This document shows positions 47,999-56,084 of a stretch of 64,000 bases of DNA, one piece after another. The position numbers and the translations under genes were made by a program. How positions within the stretch are numbered: the stretch's first letter is position 1; every line of letters begins with the position of its first letter. The DNA lies in the NCBI GenBank assembly GCA_965204535.1, contig CBDBEV010000001.1, positions 704,001 through 768,000 of the forward strand, written 5' to 3'. A model generated the notes under the pieces. It did no database searches. It was not told the origin of the DNA and saw nothing but the letters and a program-made list of their open reading frames with translations. Source of the DNA: a bacterium. Lineage in GTDB: Bacteria > UBA8248.

Positions 47999-48340
47999 GG
48001 GATTGTTGAAAAAGCTCTGATTTCGTGATTCGGCGTATGGAGCAACCAGGTGAGAGATTGCAGGGACAGGTCGCGACCTGTCCCTGCGAGACGGTACGGT
48101 TTTGTTCGTCATTCCGGCGAAAGCCGGAATCCATTTGGTTTTGCCTTTGTTTTTTATTTTCTGATCGATTTGCACCAATGACGAGGAGATGAAAAGCCGT
48201 AGTATTATCATTCTGCTTAAAAATGGATTCCGGCTTTCGCCGGAATGACGGCTGTAGGGGCGGTTCGCGAACGTGGGCTGTTCACGAGAACAGCCCACTA
48301 CGGAACAAACCTTTCCCTTATCAGGACTTTTCAACGGCTC
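47999..48340. mobile_element. MITE-like element, inverted relative of 46451-46668, with a GTCATTCCGGCGAAAGCCGGAATCCA REP doublet
   Basis: 47999-48043 matches the reverse complement of 46624-46668 at 39/45; REP pair at 48108-48133 and 48224-48249; ends TTTTCAACGGCTC. Confidence 0.72.
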
Positions 48341-48388
48341 CGAATAAGGGGTAATCGGCTCAATTGGGGATGAAAATACCAAATTTTC

Positions 48389-48424
48389 CTTGTAAATTAA
48401 AAGTCTAACTTTCAGTTTGCAAGG
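48389..48424. promoter_or_regulatory. Third copy of the 36-bp palindrome
   Basis: CTTGTAAATTAAAAGTCTAACTTTCAGTTTGCAAGG. Confidence 0.55.
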
Positions 48425-48469
48425 ATAATGACTGAATTTGTCCAATAAGTGCTCAGTTTGGGGAGATTC

Positions 48470-50071
48470 CTAGTCGAACACCGTGTCGTCGTAGTGTGCG
48501 GCGTCCACCACCGCCTCGATGACGGTCGGCCCCTCTGCCTTGAAGGCTTCGGTGAGCGCGCGTCTGAGTTCCTCCGGCGTTCGTGCGCCCACGGCGGGCA
48601 CCCCGAAATAATGGGCGGGCGGCGCCTGGTATTCCTCGGCCTGGAGTTCGGTGCCGTAGCGGCCGTATTCGCGCCTGTCCTGTTTGACCTGGATGAGCGA
48701 GAGCCAGCGGTCGTCCAGCACGACGATGGGGATGGCGAGCCCCATTCTCTTGGCGACGGCCACCTCGCCGCACGTCATCTGGAAACACCCGTCCCCGATC
48801 AAGGCGACGACGGGTTTTTCGGGGTGCGCGAGTTTGGCGGCGATGGCCCCGGGCAGGCCGAAGCCCATCGAGGACCACCCGTTCGTGATGAGGAACGTGC
48901 GAGGCTCGTGCACCGTCCACTGGCTGGCGATCTGGTGCGTGTGCGCGCCCACGTCGAAGGAGAGGATTCCCTCTTTGGGCGTCGCCTCGCGCACCACGTC
49001 GATGGCCGCGTGCGCCGCGAAGTGCGGAGCCGCAGGCCGCAGGGCCTTCTGGTATCGCTCCTTGTGACGCAAGGCGGCGTCGGAGGGCCACTCGTAGCTG
49101 CCCGGCGCGAAATCGTTCATGCGCTTTAAGGAGGCGTCGAGATCGCCCACCACCTCGTGCGCGATATCGACCGAGGAATCCGCGTCCACCGGGTCGATGT
49201 CCACGCTGGCGAGGGGCACGTCCTTGATCCATTGCTCGTATTCCACCTCGACCACGTCGTAGCCGATCCCGAGGATGAGGTCCGCGCTTCTCAGGAACTC
49301 GCGCTGCACCTGTCGCTTGCCGCGCTCGATGCAGCCGACCGAGAGCGGGTGGTCCTCATCAATCATCCCCTTGGCCATGGTGGTCGTGGCGAAGGGAAGC
49401 TGGTGGCGGTCGATGAAGGCGCGCAGAAGCGCGGGGTTTTCCATCCGCATGGTGGTGGAGCCGAGCACGGCGACGGGCCGCTTGGCGTTTTGAAGCAGGG
49501 TTTCGAGTTTCCCGAATGCGCTCTCGGGCGCGGGCCTGTGGCGCTTTCCCCGGGGGATCGGCGGCATGTCCTCGGTGGCGGGCGCGAGCGATACGTCTTC
49601 TGGCAGATCCAGATGAACCGGGCCGTGCGGTTCGCTGAGTGCGAGGCCCATCGCATCTTCGAGGACGGAGGCGACGCGGCCCTTTCTGAGCGGGAGACTC
49701 GCCTTGGATATGGGCCGGTAGAGGGTGTGGTGGTCGATATACATCTGGATGCGGCGTCCCAACTGGTGCGTGTGCAGGTTGCAGGTCAGCGCGATGAGCG
49801 GGGAGCGGTCGAGATAGGCGTTGCCCACGCCGGTCGAGAGGTTGGTCGCTCCCGGTCCCAGGGTGGCGATGCAAAAGCCGGGCGCGCCCGTCAGGCGGCC
49901 CATCACGTCGGCGGCGAAGCTCGCGGAGCCCTCGTGCGCGGTGAGGACGAAGGTGAGCCCCCCCTTGCGCATGGCTTCGAGCATGGGCAGGACGTTTCCG
50001 CTCGGGATGCCGAAGCAGTGCGTGACGCCCGCTTCCTTCATGGTTTTGACGATCAGGTCCGCGTTGTTCAT
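48470..50071 (-). CDS. Thiamine diphosphate-dependent enzyme (acetolactate synthase large subunit-like)
   Basis: FGIPSG, HEGSASFAA, TLGPGATN, SSMGFGLP, IGDGCF. Confidence 0.9.
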   Translation of the reverse strand: MNNADLIVKTMKEAGVTHCFGIPSGNVLPMLEAMRKGGLTFVLTAHEGSASFAADVMGRLTGAPGFCIATLGPGATNLSTGVGNAYLDRSPLIALTCNLHTHQLGRRIQMYIDHHTLYRPISKASLPLRKGRVASVLEDAMGLALSEPHGPVHLDLPEDVSLAPATEDMPPIPRGKRHRPAPESAFGKLETLLQNAKRPVAVLGSTTMRMENPALLRAFIDRHQLPFATTTMAKGMIDEDHPLSVGCIERGKRQVQREFLRSADLILGIGYDVVEVEYEQWIKDVPLASVDIDPVDADSSVDIAHEVVGDLDASLKRMNDFAPGSYEWPSDAALRHKERYQKALRPAAPHFAAHAAIDVVREATPKEGILSFDVGAHTHQIASQWTVHEPRTFLITNGWSSMGFGLPGAIAAKLAHPEKPVVALIGDGCFQMTCGEVAVAKRMGLAIPIVVLDDRWLSLIQVKQDRREYGRYGTELQAEEYQAPPAHYFGVPAVGARTPEELRRALTEAFKAEGPTVIEAVVDAAHYDDTVFD

Positions 50072-50093
50072 GTGGAATGTCTCCGGCTTGGAA

Positions 50094-51131
50094 TTATGAA
50101 TGACGATAAATGTTGATGAGGTCTTTCAGCAAAGCGGCGGCGGCGCCGCGCGGGTCACTCTTGCCGCCCGCGACGGTGACGCGATCCATCGTATCGCTCG
50201 TATAGGTGATTCCCTTCTCGGCTCCTTCCACGCCCGCCAGGGGATGATCGGGCGGGAGAAGCGCGGGCGCGACGCGCGCCGATACGCGCCCCGTCTCATC
50301 CCGCCTCGCGGCGCCCACGAGGCGCATGATCTTGCCCGCTGCGCTCGCGTTCTGCACCTCCTCAAGCGATACCCCGGCGATGCCCGTTCGCGGTACGTCT
50401 TCGGGCGTCAAGTCCGTGCCCATGCAGACGTTCGTGATGAGCGCCAGCTTGTTCGCCGTGTCGAAACCTTCCACGTCGAGCGTGGGGTCGGTCTCCGCGA
50501 TGCCGAGCGCCTGCGCCTCTGCGAGCGCTTCTTCGTAACTCTGGCCGTTTGTCCTCATTCTGGAGAGTATAAAATTCGTCGTCCCGTTCAGGACGCCTTC
50601 TATGCCTAGAATCTCCGCGCCCGCCAGGCAGGTCTCGGCCACGTCGATGGTCGGGAGGGCGGCGGCCGCTGCCGCCGATATTTTTAATCCTAAGTTTCTC
50701 TCCTTCGCCAGGCCGGTCAGTTCGCGGTAGGCGCGGATGAAGGGCCCCTTGTTCGCGCTCACGACGTGAATTCCCCTATCGAGTGCCTCGCGTATGTGGC
50801 TCAAGGCGGGTTCGCCCGTGCGGACCTCGGTGGGCGTCGTCTCGATGAGGACGTCGGCCTGTGCGGAGCGGATGAGGTCGAGCCCCCGCCAGTCAGACTC
50901 CAGGTTCGGATGACCCGCGAAGCCGCCCTCGCGCTCAAACGCGTCCGCCGTCTTCGCCGCGTCGAGTCCGCCGGGGCGGTGCAGGCTGCCGTTCAACTCG
51001 CCCACGCCGACGATGGACGCCTCCATGCCGTAAGCCGCCCGCATGCGTTCCGATTTTTCGTGAACGAGTCTCGCGAACTCACGCCCCACGCGCCCGAACC
51101 CGCAAACGATCACTTTTATTCTTGTAGCCAA
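50094..51131 (-). CDS. Homoserine dehydrogenase (short form without ACT domain)
   Basis: CGFGRVG, HVVSANKGP, GVLNGTTNFIL, GIAETDPTLDVEGFD..K; start likely TTG 51131 (AAGGA RBS). Confidence 0.88.
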   Translation of the reverse strand: MATRIKVIVCGFGRVGREFARLVHEKSERMRAAYGMEASIVGVGELNGSLHRPGGLDAAKTADAFEREGGFAGHPNLESDWRGLDLIRSAQADVLIETTPTEVRTGEPALSHIREALDRGIHVVSANKGPFIRAYRELTGLAKERNLGLKISAAAAAALPTIDVAETCLAGAEILGIEGVLNGTTNFILSRMRTNGQSYEEALAEAQALGIAETDPTLDVEGFDTANKLALITNVCMGTDLTPEDVPRTGIAGVSLEEVQNASAAGKIMRLVGAARRDETGRVSARVAPALLPPDHPLAGVEGAEKGITYTSDTMDRVTVAGGKSDPRGAAAALLKDLINIYRHS

Positions 51132-51340
51132 GCGCCGTCCTTTTCGGTTGTCTAAGTGAAGGCCGAAGATTGCCCGCCCCTTCATGCCACGCCGGAAGGC
51201 GGGCGGTCAACTCAGGGGCTTTCAAGCGCCAAGAGGCTCGCCTCGTTGCCGAGCGGGGAAAACTATGAGAAACCTTTTTCTCGTTTGACCATCATCGCAA
51301 CGATGCGCTTTCACGAACCGATGACGCGAAAGGGGAGAAG

Positions 51341-52306
51341 ATGCCGGATCTGGAGCTGACGGCAGCGTTCGGGGATTACGATCGCACCAACATTCTCAAG
51401 ATGGGCTCGGTTCGCCCGGAGGGGGTGAACCTCCGGGTGCTCTCCCTGCCGCCGGCCGAGATATTCTTCCGCATGTGCCGATACCAGGAGTTCGATTTAT
51501 CCGAAATGTCGATGGGCGCGCACATGTTCCTGCTGGGTGAGGGAAACAGCCCCTTCGTCGGGATGCCCGCTTTTCCGAGCCGCGTCTTCCGGCATTCGAT
51601 GGTCTACGCCAACACGGATTCCGGCGTCGATGAGGTGGCCGACCTGAACGGCAAGCGGGTCGCGATCCGCGAATGGGGGATGACGGCGGTGGTGTGGATC
51701 GTGGGCATCCTCGCCGAAGAGTACGGCCTCGACGTGGGTTCGGTGGACTGGGTGGCGGCCATCGAGCCGCGCGTGCCGATTCCCATGCCGCCCGGCGCGC
51801 GCATCCGCTATATGAAGCCCGGCCAGACGGTATCGAACATGCTCGATTCGGGTGAGGTGGACGGCGCGCTGATCCACCAGGTACCGGAGTGCTTCGCCAA
51901 GGGCTCGCCAAGCGTGAAGCGCCTCTTCCCGGACTACAAGGCCGCAGAGACGGCGTATTACAAACGAACGGGCGTTCACCCCATGATGCACTGCGTCGTG
52001 CTGAGACGCGACGTTCACGAGCAAAACCCCTGGGCGCTCGGCTCCATCTACCAGGCCATGTGCGAGGCGCGCGAGAAGACGCTCGAGTTGCTCGGCGACA
52101 ACGGCGCGCTCTCGGCCATGATCCCGTTTCTGCCCGCGGTGATGGACGAGACGCGCGAGATTTTCGGCGATGATTTCTGGCCCTACGGGGTGGAGGCGAA
52201 CCGCGCGTCGCTCGAAAAGCTCCTCTCCTACGCCCACGCGCAGGGCCTCACGCCCGGCCCCCTCAAGGTGGCGGATCTGTTCGGCGAGAGCGTGCGGAAC
52301 ACGTAA
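51341..52306 (+). CDS. 4,5-dihydroxyphthalate decarboxylase-like protein (periplasmic-binding-protein fold)
   Basis: GDYDRT, EIFFRM, EFDLSEMS, FPSRVFRHS, HPMMH, FWPYGVEANR. Confidence 0.8.
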   Translation: MPDLELTAAFGDYDRTNILKMGSVRPEGVNLRVLSLPPAEIFFRMCRYQEFDLSEMSMGAHMFLLGEGNSPFVGMPAFPSRVFRHSMVYANTDSGVDEVADLNGKRVAIREWGMTAVVWIVGILAEEYGLDVGSVDWVAAIEPRVPIPMPPGARIRYMKPGQTVSNMLDSGEVDGALIHQVPECFAKGSPSVKRLFPDYKAAETAYYKRTGVHPMMHCVVLRRDVHEQNPWALGSIYQAMCEAREKTLELLGDNGALSAMIPFLPAVMDETREIFGDDFWPYGVEANRASLEKLLSYAHAQGLTPGPLKVADLFGESVRNT

Positions 52307-52409
52307 GCCGACGCGCTCCCCTCGTCGTGACCAGCAATCGCATCGATCTCACCTTGAATAGCCGCTCCCTCGATTTTGCTCGGGGCAGGCACCGCCGTCC
52401 CCAACGCCC

Positions 52410-52520
52410 CTCACCCTGAGTAAGGGCGAAGCCGCGTATCGAAGGTCAGTTCCGAGCGAGAAGCGAGGAGCTGCGGGTTTCCGTCCCTTGATACGGCGCG
52501 CAAGCGCGCCTACTCGGGAT
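52410..52520. repeat. REP doublet of the (A/C)CCTGAGTA...GTATCGAAGG family
   Basis: 52410-52445 and 52485-52520 are imperfect inverted copies. Confidence 0.6.
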
Positions 52521-52545
52521 AAAGGAGGTCGAACCCGACCGATGA

Positions 52546-52703
52546 GGGGTTGTTGAAAAAGCCCCCCCCTTCAGGGGATAAAGGCAACCCCCCCTACCCC
52601 CCCTTGACAGGGGGGCAAAAAAAACAAAAGCCCCTCTACCGGCGGCGGGCACCGCCTTTTCATACCCCCCTGTCAAGGGGGGGTAGGGGGGGTTGGTTTT
52701 CAA
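52546..52703. repeat. Family A hairpin element with IS-like end
   Basis: GGGGTTGTTGAAAAA, then ACCCCCCTACCCCCCTTGACAGGGGGG-core-CCCCCCTGTCAAGGGGGGTAGGGGGGTT, near-identical to 14121-14292. Confidence 0.8.
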
Positions 52704-52856
52704 GGCGAGAGCCTGCACCGTCCGGAAACGCCGTCTGCCCCAACATCGCGGCCTCTCGCGTCCAGAGCCTCGAATCTCGCCGTCGAGTCATGTATATAAT
52801 TCCCATAACTTTTTGGGTGGTGCTTCATATTTCAAAACCGCCCTATTACCGTTGAT

Positions 52857-55800
52857 ATGGAACTCCCCATGGCGTCGGCCCCTAAAATTCTTGTAACCGC
52901 TCCTTTCCACCATCTGGAATCATCCCTTGCCTCGCGCGTGCGCGGCCTGGGCTGTGGAGACCCGCTGGCGCACAGGCGGGTCGTCGTCATCTCGAACCGG
53001 CTGCGCGACCACGTCCAGGGCGTGCTCGCTCGCGCGGGCGGCTTCGCCGGCGTGGAGGTTCTGAGCATGATCGACCTGGCGCGCGAGATCGCCGAGCCGG
53101 AGCGTGCGCCGGCGGGATTCACACTGCCCCATCCGGCCTTGGCCGAGGTCCTGGCGGAAAAGACGTTCGAGCGCGCGGGGGGGGAGTTCGTCTTTTTCAA
53201 CTCTGATACGAGAGGATACGGCGAGAGCCTCTGCGCGACGCTGACCGACCTCGCGGAGGCGAACCTCTCGCCCGAAGCCCTGAGAGAACTTTCCGCGAAA
53301 ATCTCAGGCCCCGACGCGGCGCGCCTCCGCGATCTGGCGCTTCTGGCCGAGCGTTTCCAAAGCTTGATGCGCGAGCGCGGGTTCTACGACCGCTCCTCGC
53401 TGTTTCTGGCGGCGTGCGAGAGGGCGGAAGCCGAGCCGCCGCGCGTTCCCACCGTCTTCTACGGCTTCGCCGAGATGAACGCGCTCCAGCGCAGGCTGAC
53501 GGCGGCGGTCTGCCGAGAGGCCCACTCCCAGGCACTCGTGCCCGCGCAGCCGGATGCGCCCGCATGCGCGCATGCGCAGCCTTTAATCGACTGGTTCGAG
53601 CGGCAGGGTTTCCGCAAAGAAGAAACCGGACCGATGGAGCCGAGGCCGCTCTCGGGCCTGGCGGGGGCGCTCTTCTCGCGCGATAAGGCGCATGCGGAGC
53701 CTTTGGCGGCGGACGCCCTGCGCGTCGTGGCGCCTCCTTCCAGAGGACGTGAAGCCTGGGAGGCGTGTCGGGAGATTCTGCGGGCACGGGAGGATTTCGG
53801 GGGCGATGATGAAGTGTGCGTCCTGATGAGCGCGCGGGAGGGCTATCAGGATTTGTTCGAGGAGACGTTCCATACCCTCGAGATTCCCGGCCGGGCGGAA
53901 GAGAAAGCCCCCTTGTCCGATGCGTCCGCCGCCCGCTTGTTCCTCCTCATGCTTCGCCTGGCCGTCGACGGCTACCCGCGCGCGGATTTGATGCGCTTTC
54001 TGGATGAGGGAGGCTTCACCGGATCGGTCACTTTTCAGGTACTGGCAGAACAGTATGGATTTGAAGAGCGTATCGACGATCCCTTGCTTGCTTCACAATG
54101 GGAGTATTTTTCGAGAAGCCTGCCCTATCTGAGAGGCGCGGACGCCTGGTTCTCAGAACTCGATGACGTCCTGGTGAGGATGGGGAAAGGGGATGAGGAA
54201 TATAGCGCCGCGTATTCTTTCGCCATGGCGATGAGTGATGTTTTCGATCTGCTCGAGAAAATTCCCGAAAAGGGGCTGCCCTCGGCTTTCGCCGAGTCCG
54301 CCCTGGCGGCCTTCTCGGAGACGACGCGCGGGTTAGCCGACTTGGAAGCGGTGAAGGAGGCGCTCTCCCGCGTGGCGAGTTTGGATGAGATCACCGGCGA
54401 GGTGAATCGCGAGCGGTTCCATGATCTTTGCGAGCGGTTTTTCGAGAAGACCACCCTGAGCGGGAACGAGCCGGACGGCGGCCATCTGGCGAGTCTCTCC
54501 TCCATCCAGAGCGCGCGCGGTCTTTCCTTCGACGCCGTCGCCCTCTCGGGCCTGGGCGAGGGGCTGTTTCCGCCCGCAGGGAGCGAAGACCCGCTCCTGC
54601 CCGATTCGGCCCGCGAGGCGTTGAACCGCGCCGTGCAGAAGACCTTCCCGGATAGGGAGGTGGCGCTTCCGCTCAAGAAATCGCGAGAAAGCGAAGCGCG
54701 CTTTCAGTTGTGGACGATTTTCCAATCGGCGCGCAAGCGCCTCATTCTCACGGCGACGAGCGCCGAGGATGGTTTGGGGGATAATGCGGCGTCTTTCCCG
54801 AGCATGTTCCTGCGTTACTTGGCCGACGCGCTGGGGGAAGAGAGAGACGGCGCGTGGGGGCTTTTCGCGGAATCGCGCAGCCGCACCGCCGCAGCGACGC
54901 TGGACGCCGAGGCCATCGGCGGGAGTCCCGCTCACCTTCGCGAGTACGACCTGGCGCTGATGGCGGAGCAGATCGGCCGGCCCGAGGCGGGCGGCCTCTC
55001 CTGGATGAACGATTCTCCGGGGTTTCCAAGAAGGCGGGCTGCTCTGAGCGAGCGGTGGCGGCCGGGTGTTTTGACCGAGCACGACGGAATGTTCCAGGAC
55101 CACGACTTGCAGAAGATCATCCGGGAGAAGGTCCACTCGCCAGTCTGGCCGCTCGGCGTCACTGCGGTGGAGGTCTTCTTCGGCTGCCCGTACCGCTTCG
55201 TGAACGACCGCCTGCACCCGCGCATGGAAAAGCGCGAGGAGCCGGCGCCTCCCTTCGCCCTAGACGGTTTGCTCAGGGGACAATTGACGCACCGGATTCT
55301 CGAACTCTTTCACCTTTGGCTCAAGGAGGAGAACCGGCCGCTTCATGCGTTAGGTGAACCGGTCGCGCAGGATGCGCTCCGCGAAGCGATTTGCGAGGCG
55401 ATGGCCGAGGAGGCGGAAACAGCCGAGTCGCCGCCCCTGCCCGCGCTGCCCTGGGCGGTGCTCGAGGATGCGCTCTACCGGCGCTTGCGGGGCTACCTGG
55501 AGCTTGGGCGCGCGGACGCATCGGGCCGGCTCCCGGTGAGCGTGGAAGAGTGGTTCGGGGGCCGGGGTTCGGAGTCTTTGCGGATATCGCTGGAAGCGGG
55601 AGAGCTTTCCCTCAGCGGGCGGATGGACCTGCTCGAGCGAGACGAAGCGGGGGAATACCGCGTCGTCGACTTCAAGACGGTGGGGAGGAGGAGTTCGATC
55701 CCTTCCAAAGGGAAAGTTCTGGACGGCGGCGCGAGCCTGCAGCTTCATCTCTATGCGCGGGGTCTGCGCGCGCGGCCCGGCGCCTTGCCGGATGACGCCC

Positions 55801-56084
55801 GGGTGAGCGGCGCATACGTCTACGTCACCGAGGAGGAGGGCGTGGAAGAGCGCGTCCGCTCCTGCGAGGAGGTCGAGGAACGCATGGCGGACGTGGATGC
55901 GCTTTTGGACTATTTCCTCGCCTCGGCCGGAGCGGGGCGCTTTTTCCCGACGCCCTCGGATGCCGGGTGCCGGTATTGCGATTACAAGACGCTCTGCGGA
56001 CCCGACAGGGCCGAGCGCGCGGCGCGAAAGGAGGGTGTGCAAAGGGTGAAAGATCTTCTGGCCTTGAGGGAGAGAGCCACATGA
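52857..56084 (+). CDS. addB: AddB/RexB-like inactive helicase + PD-(D/E)xK nuclease with Fe-S cysteines
   Basis: ARGLSFD..GLGEGLFP, CPYRF, RGQLTH.ILE, GRMDLLE..VVDFKT, LQL.LY, CRYCDYKTLC; ATGA overlap with addA. Confidence 0.85.
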   Translation: MELPMASAPKILVTAPFHHLESSLASRVRGLGCGDPLAHRRVVVISNRLRDHVQGVLARAGGFAGVEVLSMIDLAREIAEPERAPAGFTLPHPALAEVLAEKTFERAGGEFVFFNSDTRGYGESLCATLTDLAEANLSPEALRELSAKISGPDAARLRDLALLAERFQSLMRERGFYDRSSLFLAACERAEAEPPRVPTVFYGFAEMNALQRRLTAAVCREAHSQALVPAQPDAPACAHAQPLIDWFERQGFRKEETGPMEPRPLSGLAGALFSRDKAHAEPLAADALRVVAPPSRGREAWEACREILRAREDFGGDDEVCVLMSAREGYQDLFEETFHTLEIPGRAEEKAPLSDASAARLFLLMLRLAVDGYPRADLMRFLDEGGFTGSVTFQVLAEQYGFEERIDDPLLASQWEYFSRSLPYLRGADAWFSELDDVLVRMGKGDEEYSAAYSFAMAMSDVFDLLEKIPEKGLPSAFAESALAAFSETTRGLADLEAVKEALSRVASLDEITGEVNRERFHDLCERFFEKTTLSGNEPDGGHLASLSSIQSARGLSFDAVALSGLGEGLFPPAGSEDPLLPDSAREALNRAVQKTFPDREVALPLKKSRESEARFQLWTIFQSARKRLILTATSAEDGLGDNAASFPSMFLRYLADALGEERDGAWGLFAESRSRTAAATLDAEAIGGSPAHLREYDLALMAEQIGRPEAGGLSWMNDSPGFPRRRAALSERWRPGVLTEHDGMFQDHDLQKIIREKVHSPVWPLGVTAVEVFFGCPYRFVNDRLHPRMEKREEPAPPFALDGLLRGQLTHRILELFHLWLKEENRPLHALGEPVAQDALREAICEAMAEEAETAESPPLPALPWAVLEDALYRRLRGYLELGRADASGRLPVSVEEWFGGRGSESLRISLEAGELSLSGRMDLLERDEAGEYRVVDFKTVGRRSSIPSKGKVLDGGASLQLHLYARGLRARPGALPDDARVSGAYVYVTEEEGVEERVRSCEEVEERMADVDALLDYFLASAGAGRFFPTPSDAGCRYCDYKTLCGPDRAERAARKEGVQRVKDLLALRERAT

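Noticed and set aside
47851-48424. 36-bp palindromic repeats as a mini-CRISPR
   Set aside because: Gaps are 16 bp and ~450 bp and the copies are degenerate; this fits operators better
47846-48445. 199-aa ORF, and similar ORFs over repeats at 1416-1703, 14045-14491, 16040-16539, 22129-22998 and 52446-52855
   Set aside because: These are translations of REP/MITE palindromes (WIPAFAGMT, PPYPPCQGG) and are not credible proteins
52857-56084. Cas4-like nuclease suggesting a CRISPR adaptation module
   Set aside because: The Fe-S PD-(D/E)xK domain is the normal AddB C-terminus and the gene is coupled to addA
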